Sequence record: SRR31156797_6736
Strand: one strand, 5' to 3'
Length of the DNA stretch: 37,475 bases
Shown here: piece after piece, positions 31,134-37,475 of the stretch
Numbering within the stretch: the stretch's first letter is position 1
Layout of the letters: every line of letters begins with the position of its first letter
Program-made: the position numbers and the translations under genes
The notes under the pieces: model-generated
Seen by the model: the letters and a program-made list of their open reading frames with translations, nothing else
What the model was told of the DNA's origin: nothing
Database searches by the model: none

Positions 31134-32516
31134 TTATTTTACAAAGCGAGCGCGGAATTGACGCCCTTTCATCTTACCGTTTGAAAGCTTGTTCAACGCC
31201 TTCTTAGCAATACCTTTCTCAACCGCTACGTAAGAGCGCATCGCCGATAAGTTAATTTTACCAATACGGCTACCGGAAATTTCGCCGTCAGACGTTAAAG
31301 CCCCAAGAATATCGCCGGCACGCACTTTCTGCTTCTTACCGCCATCAATTTGAATCGTCACCATCGTGGCCTGATAAGGCGCTACACCTTTTGGCTTTTC
31401 AGGAAGCGTAGCCGCTTCTATGGCAATATCCATGTATTCATCGATTTGCGCTACACGGTACATCTCTTTATCACTAAAGAAGCTAAATGCTAAGCCTTTA
31501 CTGCCTGCGCGCCCGGTACGACCAATACGGTGAACATGAACTTCAGGATCTCTTGAAAGCTCGAAGTTAAATACCGCGTCAAGGTTATCAACATCCAAAC
31601 CACGAGCTGCAACATCCGTTGCAACCAAAATAGAAATACTCTTATTGGCGAACTGAACCAGTGCCTGATCGCGTTCACGTTGCTCCATGTCACCATGTAG
31701 CTCAATGACACTGAAACCACGATGATGAAGTTCATCCGCTACGTGCTGCACTTCGCGCTTAGTGTTGCAGAATACAACCGAAGATTCTGGCTGATGTTTT
31801 AGTAATAGCGCCTCTAACGCTTCATCACGCGCTTCACTGCCTTCTACTTTGTAGAAATACTGCTTAATGCTTGAAGTGTCGTGAGTCGCAGCTACTTTAA
31901 CCATCAATGCATCATGAGTAACACGTTGAGCGATTTGCTGAATAGACGTCGGGTATGTCGCACTGAACAACAGAGTCTGACGTTGATTTGGAGCCTGCTC
32001 AATAATGGCATCCAGTGCATCCTGAAACCCCATGTCCAACATACGGTCTGCCTCATCCAGCACAAGTGTATTTAGTTCACTTAAATCGATGCGATCTTTA
32101 CTCAGGTGATCAAGAATACGTCCCGGCGTTCCAACCAGTATATGTGCTCCGTGTTCTAACGAACCAATCTGAGGCCCCATCGGCATACCACCGCAAAGTG
32201 TTAGCACTTTAATATTGTGAATCGCACGAGCTAATGTACGAATATCTGTCGCCACCTGATCAGCCAATTCACGCGTAGGGCATAATACCAATGCCTGTAC
32301 ACGAAAACGCTTAACGTTTAGGTTTTGCAACACACCTAAACCAAACGCGGCTGTTTTACCTGACCCTGTTTTACCCTGACCAATGACATCCTGTCCTTTA
32401 AGAATCGCTGGCAACGATTGTGCTTGTATCGGCGTCATGTTAGTAAAGCCGATTGTTTCAAGGTTAGAAAGCAATTCTGGCTTAAGGTTTAAAGCCGAAA
32501 ATGAAGTATCACTCAA
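31134..32516 (-). CDS. dbpA: ATP-dependent 23S rRNA helicase DbpA
   Basis: GKTGSGKT, PTRELA, DEAD, SAT, HRIGRTGRAG motifs plus C-terminal RNA-binding domain GGKKQKVRAGDILGAL. Confidence 0.95.
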   Translation of the reverse strand: MSDTSFSALNLKPELLSNLETIGFTNMTPIQAQSLPAILKGQDVIGQGKTGSGKTAAFGLGVLQNLNVKRFRVQALVLCPTRELADQVATDIRTLARAIHNIKVLTLCGGMPMGPQIGSLEHGAHILVGTPGRILDHLSKDRIDLSELNTLVLDEADRMLDMGFQDALDAIIEQAPNQRQTLLFSATYPTSIQQIAQRVTHDALMVKVAATHDTSSIKQYFYKVEGSEARDEALEALLLKHQPESSVVFCNTKREVQHVADELHHRGFSVIELHGDMEQRERDQALVQFANKSISILVATDVAARGLDVDNLDAVFNFELSRDPEVHVHRIGRTGRAGSKGLAFSFFSDKEMYRVAQIDEYMDIAIEAATLPEKPKGVAPYQATMVTIQIDGGKKQKVRAGDILGALTSDGEISGSRIGKINLSAMRSYVAVEKGIAKKALNKLSNGKMKGRQFRARFVK

Positions 32517-32705
32517 AGGATGTCCTTAGGGTCTATGGCCCTAGCTGTGCGAAAAAATAATCGTCTATTATCGTTTTTTTTGTGCGTTACCACCAATGAA
32601 TATTGGATTAATTTTATCAATCACTTTGCAATTAACTTTTGTTAATGCCACAGCCTGATCATCCTGATAGATTGTTGCCAAATTAAACACAAGGAGTTAG
32701 TCGTC

Positions 32706-33158
32706 ATGCTCACATGGCAGTGCCTTTCATTTTCGGAACTTACCACCACACAACTGTATGAAATGCTTAAATTAAGAGTAGACGTTTTTGTTGTAGAGCA
32801 AACCTGCCCTTATCCAGAATTGGACAACAAAGACCGAGTCGATGGTGTTTACCATCTGTTGGGATATCAGGGTGAAGAACTGGTCGCGTGCGCTCGTTTA
32901 TTACCTAAGGGCATCAGCTACTCAACCGTGAGTATTGGCCGTGTAGTGACGAAACAAAGTGCCCGTGGCGATGGTTTAGGTCACAAGTTAATGTCTCAAG
33001 CTCTGGAAGAGTGCCAGCAACGCTGGCCGAATGAAGCGATCACTATCAGCGCTCAACAACATCTGGCTAACTACTACCGACAACACGGCTTCGAACAGAC
33101 TTCTGAGATGTATTTGGAAGATGACATTCCACACATTGAAATGAAGCGAGTCGGTTAA
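32706..33158 (+). CDS. elaA: GNAT acetyltransferase, ElaA family
   Basis: LRVDVFVVEQTCPYPELD, IGRVV, SAQQHL..YY...GF, YLEDDIPHIEM. Confidence 0.88.
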   Translation: MLTWQCLSFSELTTTQLYEMLKLRVDVFVVEQTCPYPELDNKDRVDGVYHLLGYQGEELVACARLLPKGISYSTVSIGRVVTKQSARGDGLGHKLMSQALEECQQRWPNEAITISAQQHLANYYRQHGFEQTSEMYLEDDIPHIEMKRVG

Positions 33159-34063
33159 TGTCTCCTTATTCGATAGCTCTTATAGCGCTTATCATCGGTA
33201 ATCTCGCAGCCTCACTGTCTGACGTTTCAGTGAAGATGCTCAATGGGGAAGTATCCGCGTTTCAATATATGTTTTTGCGCCAGTTGATCTCACTGACGAT
33301 CATACTTCCCCTTTGGCAGAGACAACCAAAACAGCAAAGAGCGCTGTTAAACCTATCGATGACGGCACTACGTGCACACTTGGTGCTTATCGGTAGTGGC
33401 TGTATGTTGGTCGCCATCACTTACTTACCACTGGCCACTGCCAATGCGGTGTTTTACGCCGCCCCTATATTGATGTTGCCATTGTCGATGTGGCTACTTA
33501 AAGAGAAACCGACGCGAACAAAAATCTTCGCGACTCTGTTTGGTTTTTGTGGGGTGCTGGTGGTGCTACGCCCAGAGAACTTTCACTGGGCGGCGGGCTT
33601 TGCTTTGGTGACCGCTTTCACTCTAGCGCTATTCAATATTCTGGCTAAACGGATCCCAAGAGAGCAAACCGTTGTCACTACCCTAATGTGGACAAGCCTG
33701 TTCTCGCTGCCTATCGCCGCTATATTGGCGACTTTTAACTGGCAACCTATGACGATAGCCCAATTGGGCTGGGTAGCACTCAGTGCATTGCTGATACTTT
33801 CGTACAATGGCTTAGCGGTCTACGCCTATCAAAGAGCAGCCGCCAATCAGATCGCGTTAGCCGAATATTCAGGGTTACTATTTGTCGTCATATTCGGGGT
33901 GATGTGGTTCAGTGAAATACCGGATACGCTAACTTGGTTAGGTATTGGGATGATAGTGTTGCCGCTCCTTCCTAAAACTCAAATATTAAAAAAGCGCGGC
34001 AATAAAAAAAAGTTACTTACTTCGGCCAAAGCCACCTTCAGAGAGTCGGAAAAACATCACTGA
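33158..34063 (+). CDS. DMT (EamA) family transporter
   Basis: About 10 hydrophobic helices; LPLATANAVFY.AP, LLKEK, GFCGVLVVLRP; start overlaps the elaA stop (TAATG). Confidence 0.85.
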   Translation: MSPYSIALIALIIGNLAASLSDVSVKMLNGEVSAFQYMFLRQLISLTIILPLWQRQPKQQRALLNLSMTALRAHLVLIGSGCMLVAITYLPLATANAVFYAAPILMLPLSMWLLKEKPTRTKIFATLFGFCGVLVVLRPENFHWAAGFALVTAFTLALFNILAKRIPREQTVVTTLMWTSLFSLPIAAILATFNWQPMTIAQLGWVALSALLILSYNGLAVYAYQRAAANQIALAEYSGLLFVVIFGVMWFSEIPDTLTWLGIGMIVLPLLPKTQILKKRGNKKKLLTSAKATFRESEKHH

Positions 34064-34579
34064 TTGTCCGTTTTTCTCCAACTGTAGGATATCCAATTTA
34101 CCCTCTTCAGCCAGTTTAAAGCGGATAAGCTGACCTTGCTGAATATGACTCAAAGGTTTATCTGAACCTTCAATTTTAACCAAAGCATTTAAATCAGCCA
34201 TTGGCAGATCATTCACTCGAAAAACTTGAGATAGAGTATCGCCCTTCTGAACAATATATTCGCGCCAAGCATTGCGTTCCAGTGCAGAGGATTCTTTCGC
34301 ACTTTTTTGCTCACTTAAACCACGAGTATTAATATCCAGCTCAACGCGCTTGTTTACTGGTTGAGTTGACTCGGATTCAGCCATATTGGGGAAAGGAATG
34401 ACGGTAATTATAAGTACTAAAGGTACCAGAACGATCAACGCTTTCTGGTGAAACTTAGGCAGTTGTTGCCAAAAGGATTTCGTTTGATCAACATATACCT
34501 TCCATTCGACACTACGCAGTTTGGTTTGAATCAATGCGAAATAATCTGTTTGCTGCTTTTTCTTATGTCGACGATTCAT
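34013..34579 (-). CDS. OapA/YtfB-like membrane-anchored LysM-like peptidoglycan-binding protein
   Basis: LPKFHQKAL followed by a TM; WREYIVQKGDTLSQVFR.N.LP..DLNALVKIEG.DKPLS; divergent from fklB like E. coli ytfB. Confidence 0.82.
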   Translation of the reverse strand: MNRRHKKKQQTDYFALIQTKLRSVEWKVYVDQTKSFWQQLPKFHQKALIVLVPLVLIITVIPFPNMAESESTQPVNKRVELDINTRGLSEQKSAKESSALERNAWREYIVQKGDTLSQVFRVNDLPMADLNALVKIEGSDKPLSHIQQGQLIRFKLAEEGKLDILQLEKNGQSVMFFRLSEGGFGRSK

Positions 34580-34845
34580 TTTTATCCGTTCCTTAATGCT
34601 GAAGGCCCAGTATAAAAACTCATGAGCCCAGAGTATAGAGTGTCGCCCTTTTATCTAAGTAAGCTTGACACAATCCTGAAGATTTTTCTTTGGTATTCTG
34701 AGTTCTGTCACACCTTCTCTATGCAAGTTGGCGAAAGGAGTACCTTCAACCTGAGTTTATCCAACGAATTCCGTTCTGCCGTTTCATCACTAGCTTGAAA
34801 CTGGTATCCTGTGAACTTTGTTTTTATCTGAAAAGAGTGACATTT

Positions 34846-35466
34846 ATGTCTGAAGTAAAATTTGAAACTGTAGAGCAGAAAGCGAGCTACGGTATCGGTC
34901 TACAAATGGGTCAGCAACTAGCTGGTTCTGGTCTTGAAGGTCTGAGCGTTGACGCTATCGCTGCAGGTATCGCTACAGCTCTTGTTGGCGATATGCCAGC
35001 AATCGAAGTTGACGAGATCAACCAAGCACTACAAGCTATTCACACTCGTGCAGAAGAAGCTCGCCAAGCGGCTGCGAAAGTTGCAGCAGCAGAAGGTGAA
35101 TCATTCCTAAAAGACAACGCTCTACGTTCAGAAGTGACTGTTCTTGAGTCTGGTCTACAGTACGAAGTCATCACTGAAGGTACTGGCGAAATCCCATCAG
35201 CGGACAAGCAAGTACGTGTTCACTACCACGGTGAACTAGTTGACGGCACAGTATTCGACAGCTCTGTATCACGCGGCCAACCAGCTGAGTTCCCAGTAAC
35301 TGGCGTAATCAAAGGTTGGGTTGAAGCTCTACAACTAATGCCTGTAGGTTCTAAATGGAAACTGTACGTCCCACACGATCTTGCTTACGGCGAGCGTGGT
35401 GCTGGTGCAGCTATCCCTCCATTTGCCGCTCTAGTATTCGAAGTTGAACTACTAGACATTCTATAA
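34846..35466 (+). CDS. fklB: FKBP-type peptidyl-prolyl isomerase (FKBP22)
   Basis: [51 protein letters not shown]; no signal peptide; start MSEVK at 34846. Confidence 0.92.
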   Translation: MSEVKFETVEQKASYGIGLQMGQQLAGSGLEGLSVDAIAAGIATALVGDMPAIEVDEINQALQAIHTRAEEARQAAAKVAAAEGESFLKDNALRSEVTVLESGLQYEVITEGTGEIPSADKQVRVHYHGELVDGTVFDSSVSRGQPAEFPVTGVIKGWVEALQLMPVGSKWKLYVPHDLAYGERGAGAAIPPFAALVFEVELLDIL

Positions 35467-35492
35467 TTTAGAATTATTTGCTAAGTAATGAC

Positions 35493-35522
35493 AAAGCGAC
35501 GCTCTCAAGCGTCGCTTTTTTT
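35493..35522 (+). terminator. Intrinsic terminator after fklB
   Basis: AAAGCGACGCT-CTCA-AGCGTCGCTTT followed by a T run. Confidence 0.9.
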
Positions 35523-35565
35523 ATCTAGAATGAAGTATTACGCAGAAACAAATAAGAGAATAGTT

Positions 35566-36045
35566 ATGAACAAAATAATGATCCTTACTGCCGTTGTTAG
35601 CTCTGTTATCACTAGTCCTAGCTACGCTTTTCTAAACAAGCTGACTGAAAGTAACGATCTCTCTAGCATGGTAAGCAGTGGCTTAGCTCAGGCTGAATCA
35701 AATTCCGCCTTATTGACTCAAGTAACTAGCCAATTGCCGGTATCAGACAAACAAGCTGCTGGTGGCGTAGGAAGTTTGCTATCTCTAGCTCAAAATCAGT
35801 TATCTGATTCAAACAGTTCCGAATTAGAAAGCTTAATGCCAGGTCTTGATCAACTTACTTCGTTAGCCAGCACGAGTAGCACTTTATCCAAAATCACCGA
35901 CATGGAAGCCGTAAACAAGGTGTTTAATCAATTAGGGCTAGACTCTAGCATGGTCACTCAATACGCACCGATCATACTTCAGTACTTAACCAGTCAGGGT
36001 GCTTCTTCAGACCTTCTGAGTTCATTAACGTCTATCTGGCAATAA
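35566..36045 (+). CDS. Exported DUF2780-like protein
   Basis: Signal peptide from MNKIM; QAAGGVGSLL.LAQ..L, MPG, F..LGLD..MV.QYAP.I..YL..QG pattern; the upstream ORF extension runs through the terminator and is rejected. Confidence 0.75.
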   Translation: MNKIMILTAVVSSVITSPSYAFLNKLTESNDLSSMVSSGLAQAESNSALLTQVTSQLPVSDKQAAGGVGSLLSLAQNQLSDSNSSELESLMPGLDQLTSLASTSSTLSKITDMEAVNKVFNQLGLDSSMVTQYAPIILQYLTSQGASSDLLSSLTSIWQ

Positions 36046-36055
36046 AGTTATGATC

Positions 36056-36117
36056 TTTTATGCATCACAACGGTTTGTGACGCATAAAACAGTAACCTTA
36101 ATTTTATAAAGGTTACT
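36056..36117. promoter_or_regulatory. Two adjacent inverted repeats (hairpin and/or operator) upstream of the sulfhydrylase gene
   Basis: TTTTATGCATCACAA-CGGT-TTGTGACGCATAAAA (14/15) and AGTAACCTT-N9-AAGGTTACT (9/9). Confidence 0.5.
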
Positions 36118-36179
36118 CTGTACGAGAATTGCTCTGTATGAGATTCTTTTGCTTTTCAACAAGGACGAGTAGAAGAATA

Positions 36180-37448
36180 ATGAAAGACGAAACCTTAGCT
36201 ATCCACTTTGGCTACGAGACGGATCCGACGACTAAATCTGTCGCAACACCTATCTATCAAACCGTTGCCTACGAGTTTGATAATGCCCAACATGGGGCTG
36301 ACCTATTCAATCTCGAAGTCCCCGGCAATATTTACACTCGTATCATGAACCCAACCAACGATGTTCTTGAGAAACGTATGGCAGCGTTGGAGGGTGGCAT
36401 AGCGGGGCTTGCTGTAAGCGCAGGTAGCGCAGCTATTCATTATGCCGTGTTGACGCTGGCTCAGGCTGGAGACAATATCGTTTCTACTCCCCAGCTATAT
36501 GGTGGTACCTATACCTTATTTGCCCATATGTTCCCAAACATGGGGATTGAAGTCCGTTTCGCGAAAGACGATAAGCCAGAAAGTCTTGCTGAACTCATTG
36601 ATGACAAAACCAAAGCGGTGTATTGCGAATCGATTGGTAACCCAGCGGGTAACATTGTTGATTTAGAAAAGGTAGCTGAACTGGCACATGCCCAAGGCGT
36701 CCCAGTGATGGTTGATAACACCGTAGCCTCACCTGCGGTTTGCAAGCCAATTGAGTTCGGCGCTGATATTGTTGTGCACTCTCTAACTAAGTACGTCGGC
36801 GGCCATGGTACCAGCCTTGGTGGCATGATTATCGATTCAGGCAAGTTCCCATGGGCAGAGCATAAAGAACGTTTTCCAACCATGAACAAGCCAGAGGCCT
36901 CTTATCATGATGTGGTTTATACCGAGGCGTTTGGCCCAGCCGCATTTATTGGCCGAGCAAGAACGGTTCCTCTACGTAACACCGGTTCAGCGCTGTCACC
37001 AATGAATGCCTTTATGCTAATGCAGGGGCTGGAAACGCTTTCGTTACGTATGGAGCGCCATTGTGAAAACGCACTGAAAGTCGCTCAGTACTTACAAAAT
37101 CACAAGAAAGTCAGTTGGGTCAGCTACGCGGGTTTAGAAGATTCCCAGTTCTACCCGTTAGCGCAGAAATACATGAAAGGAAAACCATCAGCTATTTTGT
37201 CTTTCGGTTTAAAAGAGGGCTATGACGCGGGCGTGCGTTTCTATGATGCACTGCAAATCTTTAAACGCCTTGTGAATATTGGTGATGCAAAATCTTTGGC
37301 GTGTCACCCAGCATCGACCACACACCGTCAGCTTACTGAAGCAGAACAGAAACAAGCAGGGGTCTCTCCGGAAATGATTCGTCTGTCAGTGGGCATCGAG
37401 CATATTGATGATATTCTGGACGATTTGGAACAGGCGTTGAATGCATAA
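36180..37448 (+). CDS. metY: O-acetylhomoserine/O-acetylserine sulfhydrylase (Cys/Met metabolism PLP enzyme, MetY-type)
   Basis: PIYQT.AY.F, GNIYTRIMNPT, LYGGTY, DNT, HSLTKYVGGHG (PLP lysine), NIGDAKSL..HPASTTH, IRLSVGIE; start MKDET at 36180. Confidence 0.88.
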   Translation: MKDETLAIHFGYETDPTTKSVATPIYQTVAYEFDNAQHGADLFNLEVPGNIYTRIMNPTNDVLEKRMAALEGGIAGLAVSAGSAAIHYAVLTLAQAGDNIVSTPQLYGGTYTLFAHMFPNMGIEVRFAKDDKPESLAELIDDKTKAVYCESIGNPAGNIVDLEKVAELAHAQGVPVMVDNTVASPAVCKPIEFGADIVVHSLTKYVGGHGTSLGGMIIDSGKFPWAEHKERFPTMNKPEASYHDVVYTEAFGPAAFIGRARTVPLRNTGSALSPMNAFMLMQGLETLSLRMERHCENALKVAQYLQNHKKVSWVSYAGLEDSQFYPLAQKYMKGKPSAILSFGLKEGYDAGVRFYDALQIFKRLVNIGDAKSLACHPASTTHRQLTEAEQKQAGVSPEMIRLSVGIEHIDDILDDLEQALNA

Positions 37449-37475
37449 TACCAACCTACATAAGTTTCTGTTCAT

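Noticed and set aside
35488-35565. Upstream extension of the DUF2780-like ORF
   Set aside because: Crosses the fklB terminator; the signal peptide starts at 35566
846-36889. Numerous 60-126 aa ORFs antisense to or nested in housekeeping genes
   Set aside because: Fully overlap well-supported genes and show no motifs or independent expression signals
1-37475. Mobile element, prophage, defence system, rRNA or tRNA
   Set aside because: No integrase, transposase, nuclease or structural RNA signature recognised; gene order is continuous core synteny

Overview
Core-chromosome window of a Vibrio-like gammaproteobacterium. The genus is inferred from gene order and protein sequences, and the species cannot be determined. 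It is almost entirely housekeeping: mgtE, pmbA, yjgA, the TPP-riboswitch-controlled thiBPQ, mpl-ubiX, fbp, ppa, tamAB-ytfP, msrA, ytfJ, a Zur-box-controlled five-gene zinc locus (zrg type), a TIGR03899-like gene, cobA-cysDNC, cpdB, a Crp/Fnr regulator, dbpA, elaA, a DMT transporter, an OapA/YtfB-like gene, fklB, a DUF2780-like gene and an O-acetylhomoserine sulfhydrylase. No rRNA, tRNA, CRISPR array, transposase or phage gene was recognised. The best candidate for an undescribed system is the small first ORF of the zinc operon (about 19221-19535). It has a signal-like N-terminus, a His/Cys cluster (HHNEHHC) and a C-terminal RSPP motif about 45 residues further on, the layout of RAPP-type ribosome-arrest leader peptides. 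This suggests a zinc-sensing translational control layer on top of Zur. Also notable are a TPP riboswitch with extra inserted helices, a strong terminator inside the zinc operon, a ~100-nt G-U-supported hairpin after the operon, and paired palindromes upstream of the sulfhydrylase. All family assignments come from recognising motifs and synteny, not from database searches.
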